From assembly GCA_951406725.2 (NCBI GenBank), contig OX597823.1:16678001-16742000 (forward strand): 64,000 nt of DNA, written 5' to 3'. Under the pieces are notes generated by a model that saw only the letters and a list, made by a program, of their open reading frames with translations, was not told the DNA's origin and searched no databases. The position numbers and the translations under genes are program-made. Positions 46,575 through 59,373 of the stretch are shown one piece after another; the first letter of the stretch is position 1, and each line of letters opens with the position of its first letter. Source of the DNA: Octopus vulgaris. Taxonomy: Eukaryota.

Positions 46575-49500
46575 TGTGTGTGTGTGTGTGTGCATATGTG
46601 TGTGTGTGTGCATATATGTGTGTGTGAGTGTATGTGTAGACCTATCAAGCCAAGTGAGACGGTAGTCGTGTCCAATGCCGGTGTCAAGTCAATGGCACCT
46701 GTGTCAGTGGCACGCAAAAAACACCCACTACACTCTCAGAGTGGTTGATGTTAGGAAGGGCATCCAGCTGTAGAAACCTTGCTAAATCAGATCAGAACTT
46801 GGTGCAGCTCCCCTGGCTTACCAGTTTTCAGTCAAACCATCCAACCCATGCCAGCATGGAAAACAGATGTTAAATGATGATATACACACACATGCGTGCA
46901 CGTGTGTGTGTATGTGTGCATGTTGATTCGTTAGTTACTGCACGCATTTTTTTCTCTCCTTCTTTCTGTGTTTTTTTTCTCTCTGTGTATCTTTCTGTTG
47001 AAGAGCGTAGGCTCGAAACGTTAAAGACTTGTTTTATTTATATTTCCTGAGCGCCATACTAATACAATTGTTTGTTTCTTTTCCACCTGCCTTCGTCTTT
47101 TGTCTATTTTCATAAAGCTTCCCGTTATATATATATATATATATATACACATATCCCCATCATCATCATCATCATCATTTAACGTCTGCTTTCCATGCTA
47201 GCATGGGATGGATGATTTGACTGAGGATTAGCGAACCAGATGGCTGCACCAGGCTCCAGTCCTGATCTGGCAGAGTTTCTACAGGTGGATGACCTTCCTA
47301 ATGCCAACCACCCCGAGAGTGTAGTGGGTGCTTTTACGTGCCACTGGCACGATATATATATATGTGAATGTAACTAATGAAATATGATAAAACACATTAC
47401 CTTAAATATTCAGTAATTTTCCACCCTAATTTTTTCATTATTTGATCCATGACATCATCACATCTTCCTTTTAAGAAAAAAAAGAAAAAAACAATATACA
47501 TTATCATCATCATCATCATCATTTAGCGTCCGCTTTCCATGCTAGCATGGGTTGGACGGTTCAACTGGGGTCTGTGAATCCAGAAGGCTGCATCAGGCCC
47601 AGTCTGATCTGGCAGTGTTTCTATGGCTGGATGCCCTTCCTAACGCCAACCACTCCGTGAGTGTAGTGGGTGCTTTTTTATGTGCCACCTGCACAGGAGC
47701 CAGACGGAGCTGGCAAATGGCCACGGACGGATGATACTTTTTACGTGCCACCGGCATACAAATATAATAAATAAAATATCAATGAACATAAACTATTTAT
47801 ACAATGTAAATAGCTACATAACCCCAGCCACATGACTTATAGGGAGAGGAGGTGAACTGAAACTATATTCATGTATGTATCATGTGGACACTGATGACAT
47901 GAAAGAAATGGTGGGTGGGTAGGTAGGTGGATAAGCTGTTTAGTTTTAACATTTTTTTTTATATTGCATAAATAACGGATACACATTTTACATTATAAGT
48001 TTATCTAATTCTGTTCTGAAAGAAAGCATAGTACATTGAAATATATCTCACCATTGATCTTTAAAGTTGCACAGACATCTTTTGGTGTCCATTGTAAATT
48101 TACAATAAAAAGTTTGGGTCGTTTTGAAGGTTTTCTGTCCATACACCATAGACAAGTGTATTTCTTTAGTACCTAAGAACATTTAGGAAAAGCAAAAAAA
48201 AACTGTAAAATTTTACATTTATTAGTTTTAATATTTTTTTCTTCTTTTTAAACTATTTAAGAGTTAAATAGAAAATATTCTAAAAATGGTGTTTACTGAA
48301 TTTTTTTTTTTTCAGTTTTACATTGGTCTTTAGAGGTAAAAATGTCTATGAAGGGTTTTGTTGATTAAACATTTGTGGTAGCTATTCAAATGTTTAGTAA
48401 GTAAATTTTTTTTTTATGATGATGATGATGATGTTATCATTATTATTACTATTATTCTTTTCTACTCAAGGCACAAGGCCCGAAATTTTTTGGGAGGGGG
48501 CCAATTGATTAGATCAACTCCAGTACGCAACTGGTATTTAATTTATCGACTCCAAAAGGATGAAAGGCAAAGTCGACCTGGGAAGAATTTGAACTCAGAA
48601 CATAAAGACAGATGAAATACTGCAAAGCATTTCGCCCAGCATACTAATGTTTCTGTCAGCTCGCTGCCCTATCTTTATATATAAAAGTGAGGTTGTGTGC
48701 TGTCTGTCTCCTATGATTTAGATTCCTAACTACTCCCACATTTTGCAGTGCAGTTTAACCAAAACCGGGTATCTTATAGTCGTGATTCATATCGAGCCCT
48801 TCTGGGTATTAGCACGCATCTACGATGAGTCTACGATTTAAAAAAAAATTTACCATCAATTTTTCCCATTTTTAATGCATTTTTGGCATATATAAGGGAA
48901 GTAACTCTCTAAAAATTTATTATTAAATCTCAGAACGTAAAAAGCTACAGTAACACCCCCCCCTTTGTGGTTAACCATATTGAGATGGCTATTATACTTT
49001 ACATCTCTAAAAATGCTTATATAGTTATTTTCCTTACAAACCCGAGCAACGCTGGGCGATACTGCTAGTTATTACTATTATTGTTATAAAAATGGTAAGC
49101 ATTGAAACAGAACATATCCTTAGACAACAAAAACAAAAAATAACTATAAGTTACAACAACCTTCAAACTGGTTCCAAGGCACAAAATAACATCACAGTTT
49201 TTGGCTGCTGCTGCAGCCTCTTTCCACCGGTATGGAGAACACAGGCGCCCTTTCTCACCAAAATGGACAATAGTGTCACTAAGAAGGTTTTTACAGAAGT
49301 GACAGCGTCGGGATGTATGATGCCTGCGTACACCTGTCTTCTCGGTGACATCAAACAGGCGCAGGTATTCTTTAAAAGGTTTACATTTGTAACACATCTG
49401 GAAAAAAATGAAAAGAGAGAAAACAATAAATTTGGGGGGAGAGGACCAATAAAAAGCAATGAAATTTTTGGGGAGAGGACCAATCGATTAGATCAACTCC

Positions 49501-52500
49501 AGTACGCAACTGGTACTTAATTTATCAACTCCAAAAGGATGAAAGGCAAAGTTGACCTGGGCAGAATTTGAACTCAGAACACAAAGACAGATGAAATACT
49601 GCAAAGCATTTTGCCCAGCGTGCATTAAGTATATAATATATATATTGGGTTGTCCGGAAAGTTCATGCCGATTTTTAAAGGAAAGAAAAAGGTCAATAAA
49701 TACTTGCCATTACATTTTCAATCAACCAAATATGAACCATTTTATTACACAATGCGTCTCCATCTTTCCTTTAACTTGAAAATACCCTCTTCCTAGAAAT
49801 GAGGTGGTTTCATGGCAAAGAATTCATCAAGGTATCTTTTTACGTCATCCAAGGAATTGAAATTTTTATCATTAAGACTATTCTGCAGAGACCTGAATAA
49901 GTGGAAATCCGAAGGAGCAATATCTGGTGAATATGAAGGGTGGCGTAACACATCCCAACCAAGCTGCAGCAATTTTTGTCTGGTTCCCAAAGCATCAAGT
50001 ACTGAAAATGAACTTTCTTATCTTCCATTTTAAAGGGTTACAGAATTAACACAGGTTATAGGAACATAAACCTTCTTCCATGAAAAGATAGCTTAAACTG
50101 TGCTCTAAATGGAGGTGTAGTCAAATCCTATTTTATGGACTCAACCATGTTCTAAAATAACTCGAAAGGTAAGCTACTATAAATCAACACAAACTTTCCA
50201 GACAACCCAATATTTTTTTATAAATATAATATCTCTCTCTATATAAACGGCAGTTTGTCTGTGCGTTTTCTGTGTGTCTGTTTTCTCGTACCCTCACTCT
50301 GACCACGGCTTTCAACCGATTCTGATGAAACTTGACACACACATAGCCCAATGTCATAATTCAAAACTAACGCAGCGAAAATTTCGAAAAGTTCCCCCAG
50401 TTCTGAAAAAAATCGATAAATTCGACATGGGGTCGAGAATCATAAACCCAAACCACAGACCGTCTAGGGGACGCAACTCCACCTTTTTTAACTTTCAAAA
50501 AAATTTACCATCATTTTTTTTCCATTTTTTTGCTATTTTTTGGCTATAACTCTCTAAAAATGCTTTATAGTTATTTCCCTTACAAACCTGAGCAACGCCG
50601 GGCGATACTGCTAGTACATAATATATCGGATTCCCAAATGACAATGTAACCTTCATATAATTAAGGTATCCTCAGCCTACTGACTAGCAAAGTAATTATT
50701 ATATCAGAGGATCTGCAAGCTAGGCAACATATGTAGTCTTGATTTTACCTGTTCCACTCCCGCAATTTAGATATCATCATCATCATCATCGTTTAGCGTC
50801 CGTTTTCCATACTAGCATGGGTTGGACAGTTCAACTGGGGTCTGTGAAGCCGGAAGGCTTCATCAGGCCTAGTCAGATCTGGCAGTGTTTCTACGGCTGG
50901 ATGCCCTTCCTAACGCCAACCACTCCGTGAGTGTAGTGGGTGCGTTTTACATGCCACCCACACAGGTGCCAGACAGAGCTGGCAAACGGGCACGAACGGA
51001 TGGTGCTTTTTATGTGCCACGATGTTTATATATATATTACATGAGATATATAACACATGTATCAATTTTTGTTTGACTCAGGGTCGATCGTCTTTTAAGG
51101 AAAAATATTCAGTTGACTGAATCAACCTCAGCTTATTATTGGGACTTATGCCCTTATGACAGGACTTCTGTTGGGTAGCTTCTCTTTCTAGAAACTCTTA
51201 CTATTCTGAAAAAAATGATTAGTGTGGTTAGTATACTAACATTTGGATAATGTAGGCTGGAACACATTATACCAAGCAGAAAAAGGCATAGTAATAGCAG
51301 GAACACTTAAGATCGCAGATCTACTCAATCAGGTGTGACCTGCGATTCAAGAAGACAACTTATATTTATTTCAGTGACTGTGAGTGGAATACAAGCTCTG
51401 AACATATAGACAGCAAACTGGGAGAGGTTAGCAGAAGTATATTAGATGACTAAAGAGAAAGATGGGGGGGGGGGGTGATAGATGGTGCAGACATAGCTGT
51501 GTAATTAAGAAGTTTGCAATCACATGGTTCTGGGTTCACTTCCACTGTATGACACTTAGGGTAGTGTTGTTCAACATAGCCTTGGACTGACCAATGCTTT
51601 GTGAGTGGCATTTGGAAACTGTGTGGAAGATCCTAATACATATATCATCCTCATCATTGTTTTAACGTCCACTTTTCCATGCGTCTATGGACCAAACAAA
51701 ATTTACTGAGTCAGACATGTTTACACAGAAGATTGGAAACAAAGGACATTGCTTGAATGATGGTGATGCTCATTTACAAATATTACTTGATGTCAAGGTA
51801 TGGAGAAACACTCACACATAGATATATATGAATGATGGATTTCTTTCAGTTTCCATCAAGCAAAATTCACCCACAAGGCTTTGGTTGACCCAAAGCAATC
51901 TCCTAATATAATAATGAGCATAGTGCTTTAATATATTTGTGTATGTGTATATATATATATTTGTTCAAAATTAGAGTAGGAGTAGGACAGAGCAGGAGAA
52001 AGAGTAGTATAAGTAAAAGGAGAGGAGAGAAAATAGTAATTCAGTGAAGGAGAAGTAGTGAGAATAATAGCCCAGACTGAGAGAGGGTGAGAGAAAGTAA
52101 TAGCAATGGAGAAAGGAAGGGGTGAAAAAAAAATCAGCATTTCAACTCTGTGTAAGTATATAAAAGAGAGCTGTGTGAATGTTTGTGTGGGGGGGGTTTA
52201 CATGTGTGCAGTGGAAATGGGATGGTGAACGTCCAACACTGAAAAGAAAAATCAAACAGCATTTCAACTCTGTGTATATGTGTGTGCATGTACAAGAGAA
52301 GTATGTGAATGTTTGTATGTGTGATTATTAAGTATCTTGTTTTGTACCTTATTTATATATAAAATACTACAATTAGCCGTCATTTTTGCCGGCACACAGG
52401 GTCAGCTAGTACATTTGTACATTACTACATATGCTTTATATGCACTTTTGACAAGTTGTGGTGCACCTGAGGACTGTATACAATAATTTCATTATTATTA

Positions 52501-55500
52501 TTATTATTATTATTATAATGTACATCAGTGAAACATTTATAGGATGGTATTTGTTCTGCATGAGTTGTACAATTATTTTCTTGTCACTTTCATCAATGTG
52601 GATGCAGTGAACCAGTGATTGATACCTGTAACTAATTATGAGATTGTTCACGAAATGTGATGATATAAAATAAACCTTTCGACTATGAGCACAAGTCCTG
52701 GATTTTGTGAGGAGAGGGACAGTTGATCACAGTGACCCCAGTACTCAAGTGGTACTTGATTTATTGACTCTGAAAGGATGAAAGGTAAAGTCAACCTCGG
52801 CAGAATTTGAACTCAGAATGTAGCAGCAGATGAAATACAGCTAAGCATTTCGCCTGGCATGCTAACAATTCTGCCAGTTTGCTGCCTTACGATGATATAA
52901 AACAATGATAAAATAAAGCTTAAAAAAACTTGCAAGAGTCTCACCTCTAAGTACATATTGCCGTGAACCTCAGATAAGATTCTTTTCGAGAGACCACTTC
53001 TGAGATGAAGTCCATCGCAATTCTGGGATACAACATGTTTTAACTGCAGTTCACAGGAAGCAAAAGAAAAAGAAAGAAAAATAGAATTGGAAACGAAAAA
53101 AACGAAGCAATGTTTTACAGAAAACAGAAATTTGCCATTTTAACTACATCAACGTAAATTACAAGTAATAACTTACCTTGCCATGCTTGTAAAGCGTTAG
53201 CAGACCCATGTGTGTTTTGGTTGGTTCTGCATCAGTAAATTGTTGAGGCCTACAAAAATAACAAATTAAACATTTACATTATTATTGAGAAGAAAAGAAA
53301 ATGACAGACACTGTATTGCAGTCAGTAACATGGTCACCTACAAACCAAGTCCTGTCGGTGGTCTTGTTGGTCATTCCTATCTCAAATCAGTTCCAATAAT
53401 AATTTATAGCTTTAAAAATTAAACATTTTGAAATATTTCAGTCAACACTTGTTACAACCCAGTTAAGGCCTGTTGATTTAAGGCAAAAACATTCTTCAAT
53501 GCAGAAAATAGATTGAATGAATAATATTCAAATGTCACCGCATCTGCACTCCACACTCACACACAGACACATACACGTACACACAAAGGGCATTCACATA
53601 GTTTCCACAAATCCCACTCATTACATCATCATCATCATCATCGTTTAACGTCCGTTCTCCATGCTAGCATGGGTTGGACGGTTCGACCGGGGATCTGGGA
53701 AGCCGGAAGGCTGCACCAGGCTCCAGTTTTATCTGGCAATGTTTCTGCAGCTGGATGCCCTTCCTAACGCCAACCACTCCGTGAGTGTAGTGGGTGCTTT
53801 TTACGTGCCACCTGCACAGGTGCCAGGCGAGGCTGGCAACGGCCACGGTCGGATTGGTGCATTTTACATGCAACCGGCACGGAAGCCAGTCGGCACTGGC
53901 TTCGGCCACGATTCGGATGGTGCTTTTTACGTGCCGGAAAAACTCGACCAAAGTGCCATGCAATGGGATCAAACCCAGAACCATATGGTTGTGAAACAAA
54001 TTTTTTAACCACATAGTCAGGCCCACATGAAAGTTGACAACAAATATTTGGGATGATTTTTAAGGTTAATTTTGTGACAATGATGATATTTTTAATCATC
54101 ATTTGAAATTGTTAAAAATATAAATTATTTTGTGGATTGGTGAGCTAGCAGAATCGTTAGTACAAAATGAACAAAATGCTTAGCAACATTTTTTTCGTGC
54201 TTTTTACATTCTGAGTTCAAATCTTGCTGAAGTCAACTTTGCCTTTCATCATTTCAGGGTCAGTAATTAAGTATCAGTTGATCACTGGAAGCAATGTAAT
54301 CAACTAGTCTCTCCCCAAAAATTGCTGGCTTTGTGCCAAACAAAATCTGAAACTATTATTTTAAAGAATTTTTCAAACATATATTTGTTTTTGTAATTGG
54401 TGGTAGAGAGAAAAGTACTCAGGACTCGTGGAAGCATCAAATAACCAATATCCATGAAGATACAAATTAGCTTACTTTAATTCTTGTCCCTTTTGGAGAA
54501 GTGTCCATACACCGTTTGGTCCTCTATAGTCAGGAATTGAAGCAGCCTAGTGAAAAGAAAAATTCAAAATGTATTTAAAGATTCATTATATATATATATA
54601 TTTATATAATACTAACACACACACACACACACAATGAACATCTTTCAGTTCCTGCCTATCAAATTTCCTTTAGAGACGAAAATTGCTGAAGGTACTTCAC
54701 AGTAGGGAACCACTAGCACTAGAGAGGTTGACGTGTCCATGAGAAGACTAAAGAGGTTCTCAACCCTGCAGTGTCTCCATACATTCAAGAAACTATGACC
54801 AACTAGAAATGAGTAGAAGAGAGAGGAGGAAAGTATGGAGGGTATGCAGTGATTGGCACATGTGGCTGAATTGATGGAAGAGCGACAATGCTGGGGGAGT
54901 AATGGAGGAGAGACAGTAATGGAAGCTACATAATTGCTGGTGCACGAAAGACAAAATTGTAAAGCATATGATTAAAAATACAAAAATAAACTATAACAAA
55001 ATCTCTACTCACTGTACTGATTCCTGCTCCAGTATAGACACAGATACCTTTTGACTTCTTAATAGCTTCAGCAAGTTGATCACATTTCTGTTTGAGTACT
55101 TCAGCAGAATCTTCAATCTGAAACAAACGATTCAGAATAAACAATAGTCAACACTTTTGGTGCCAACATGTCTGAGGCCATCCTTGACAGATAACCTCAG
55201 CAGTGATGAAAATAAAACTTTCATTTTAAAGCATTTGTATTTTAAATTTTAAAAAAACCTTGCACCAAGAATTCACATCAATTTATGTTCCAAACATCAT
55301 TTTAATGAATAAATTAGTTATTCATTATTACTTTCAAAATTAAGGTGACAAACTGGCAGAATTATTAGCACATTGGGCAAAATGTTTTACGGCATTTCAG
55401 CCATCTTTACAGCCTGAGTTCAAATTCCGCTGTGGTTGACTTTACCTTTCATCCTCCTGGGGGTCAATAAAATAAGTACCAGTTGAGTACTGGGGCTGAT

Positions 55501-58458
55501 GTAATTGACTTATCCCCTCCCCGATCTTGATGGCCTTATGCCAAAATTAACACATGTAAGGTGTATTTCATAAGAAACATGGTCACAAAAGGGTCAACAA
55601 ATAAGTTAAATAAAATCTAGAATACTAGGAAACTAATTCAATAAGTGAGTTAACCAATTATCACATAGATATACTTACACATTAGTTGTCACAATTAAAA
55701 ATCAATAAATGTTAAATCCTGTTAAAGTAAACTATTGAATTGTTATGAGAAAAATTACTTCAGCAAAGGGTCCAGATTATTCGAAACAAATATCAATGGA
55801 AATAGTAGTTGTGATACCTGTGCCGGTGGCACATAAAAAGCACCATCCGAACGTGGCTGATGCCAGCGCTGCCTCGACTGGCTTCTGTGCCGGTGGCACA
55901 TAAAAAGCACCAACCGATCATGGCTGATGCCAGACTCCCCTGGCACCTGTGCCGGTGGCACGTAAAAAGCACCCACTACACTCGCGGAGTGGTTGACGTT
56001 AAGAAGGGCATCCAGCTGTAGAAACACAGCCAGATCAGACTGGAGCCTGGTGCAGCCTCTTGGCTTCCCAGACCCTGGTCAAACCGTCCAACCCATGCTA
56101 GCATGGAAAATGGATGTTAAACGATGATGATGAATTCTGGTCATTCCAGTTTGAGTGACATGAGGAAACCTCTCCAGGGTTGCTTGGTTTACTAGAAACA
56201 GTAGTTAAATCTACTTTCAATCACACTTTACCACGTCAAAAGCAGACAGGTACATTGGACAATGTAGTCCTAGATAAACTGTCTGAACAAAAGTTGACTG
56301 AAATACCTTTGATCAGAAATTTCTCCCCTTAGGCCTGATCTGTGGCTAAAAAAAAACAAGGTATTGACCAACATACACATAGGTAGTCAGTTCAAATCCA
56401 CCGCTGTATGTCATTTTGTGTCTCCAAGTAGAGAAATGTATTCTACATTGCCTTAATAGTTGCAAGGAACAAATGAGTACCACCAGATCACCTGGGAATG
56501 TTACTTGTGATTGACTGGTATCCTATCCCGGGAGAGATATGTCTATCTTCCACCTAACACCTATTAACACCATATTTACAAAGTCAGAAAACAGCACAGC
56601 TCCCATGACTTCAGGAAACATTTTTTCACGCTGAGAGTTGCTGAAGCATGGAACAAACTGCCGGTATCAGTTGTTAGTTGTCGGAGCACTGCATCCTTCA
56701 AAACTTCCATGCTTTCTGAGATTCGCCAACACTACACCTGATTTTCTCCCCTCCATACACACACAGGCATGTATCTGACTCATACATAGTTCGCTTTCCA
56801 GACATTTTTACATTACTGCATGTACTTTATATGCACTTTTGACAAGTTGTGGTGCACCTGAGCACTGTATGCAATAATTTCATTATCATTATTTAAACCA
56901 AAGCTTGCAACTGGAATGCTTAGAGTTATGCATGTATCACCTGTTTTTTTAAAAAAAGTTACAAGCTTTATGATAAAACAGATATTGCTAGGGATTAAAT
57001 TATTTGTTTGTTACCTCCAATGCTCGTCTTTTTAATTTGCATCGAATTTTTGCTCTTTCTACAGCTTTTTTAACAAGATCTGGATTTGTTTCAAGAATTA
57101 CAGACTCCTCAGCACTTCTTTCTTGTTCAGGCTTCTTTAAGATTTTGTTGATCTTTGAAGAAAAAAGAAAGAAATGTATTAATAATGCATAGTACAAATG
57201 AACAAATTCTATAGATTTTTAATCCTTCATGCAAAGGAAAAACCCTCCTAAATCAAGATAAACTGTACTTTTTTTAATCCTTTTTTTTTACATGACTTCG
57301 TGAAAGACAGGTAGCATTTCTGGCATGACTTCTTTCTGGATGTAGAGCATACATAAGTCCATGTATATGTATTTGCATAATTGGATTAACATTGGGTATT
57401 GAAAAACTGGTACATTGAACAAAAAAGGTTTGGCTATATTGGCTCCCTTACATTGAGTTGACATTGTCTTTTGTCTTCCATCAATGTCAATAAGTATTAG
57501 ACTGAGGTCAAAATAGTCAACTAAAAATGAAAAGCCTTAAAAGTGATGCTCCAGTATAGCCACAGACCAATGACTGAATTCAGTAAATACAAAAATAAGG
57601 AAGTGATGCATTAGATAATGTAATCTAAGGTATGTCTATAGAAAAAAAAGAATGGTCACAAATGGATTGCCTCTATTAAAGTTGGCCAAGAGCTAAACAG
57701 TAACAACCATATTCGTAAAACTGCATCTCAAAAACAAGATGTCACCTTCAGAGGGGCCAGAAAGCTTTGATCCTAGTTAGTTACAGACTGCAAAACTGAA
57801 ATGTGACTTACATGTGTGTGTAGTAGCAGTGCAATCCCAAACATGTGACTCATAATGGAGTACTAGTGGTGTGTCTGGGACTGTGATGCTTACCACACAC
57901 ACACACACAAATGTACATCCCACACCATACTGAGAATACAGAAAAAAATAAAGAAAGAATCCCTGCAACTGATTGTCAAAGACTCATTTAATAATAATAA
58001 CACACAACAGTCTCAGGTTTCCTTCTTAAATCTCCCTCCCTCTCTTTTACTGTTATTAGAACAGCTTCTGCACTCCTGAACTAGCAAGATTTGTATCACT
58101 TCCATAAAGCACCAATCTCTTATTTCCTTGTCATCCGTACTTTGTCACAACAACCAAATTCTTCACTAAACACTTTGCTTAGGAGTTCATACACTTCTAC
58201 CTCTACAGGTCACAGCAAGATGTCCATCATTTTGAAAGCCTGCAAAGACCATGGGTACTGTTCAATACCTATAACTAAACACACACACAGACAAATCAAG
58301 ACACAGACACATATATAAACACACACATATATATACACATACACACACATATATACACATACACACACACACACACATATATACACATACACACACACAC
58401 ACATATATACACATACACACACACACACACATATATATACACATACACACACACACAC

Positions 58459-58491
<33 letters not shown>

Positions 58492-58532
58492 TATATACAC
58501 ATACACACACACACACACACATATATACACAT

Positions 58533-58602
<70 letters not shown>

Positions 58603-58989
58603 TTATCTTTATCACATTTACATTTGACCACTTCTTTTTTGCTGTGCTATATAGCCTATTGTTTCCATAAAAAGAGATAAATATTAATTCTTGTCGTGTG
58701 TGTGTATATAAATATATATACGTGTGTGTGTGTGTGTGGAAGCGCGTGGCTTTGTGGTTAGAGTGTCAGCATCATGATCGTAAGATAGTGGTTTCGATTC
58801 CTAGACCGGGAGACGCGTTGTGTTCTTGAACAAAACACTTCATTTCACGTTCCTCCAGTCAACTCAGCTGGCAAAAATGAGTAACGATGTTATGGACTGG
58901 CGTCCCGTCCAGCTGGGGAACACATACGCTATTGAAACCGGGCCCATGAGCCTGGCTAGGCTTTAAAAGGGCTCATTTATTTTTTATAT

Positions 58990-59073
<84 letters not shown>

Positions 59074-59324
59074 AGGCGCATGGCTCAGTGGTTAGAGCGT
59101 CGAGCTTACGATCGTGAGGTTGTGAGCTCGAATCCCGGACCGGGCTGCGTGTTGTGTTCTTGAGCAAGACACTTTATTTCACGTTGCTCCAATTCACTCA
59201 GGCCGGTATGCATGGGCGACTGCTGGTCTTCCATAAACAACCATGCCCAGACTTGTGACTAGGAGGGTAACTTTCTAGGTGCAATCCCATGGTCAGTGTC
59301 GTGACCGAAGGGGGTCCCGGATCC

Positions 59325-59373
<49 letters not shown>

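Noticed and set aside
58210-58631. ORFs rich in CV/YI dipeptides, and the many 60-150 aa ORFs over SINEs
   Set aside because: Translations of microsatellites and repeat bodies, recurring wherever the repeat occurs.
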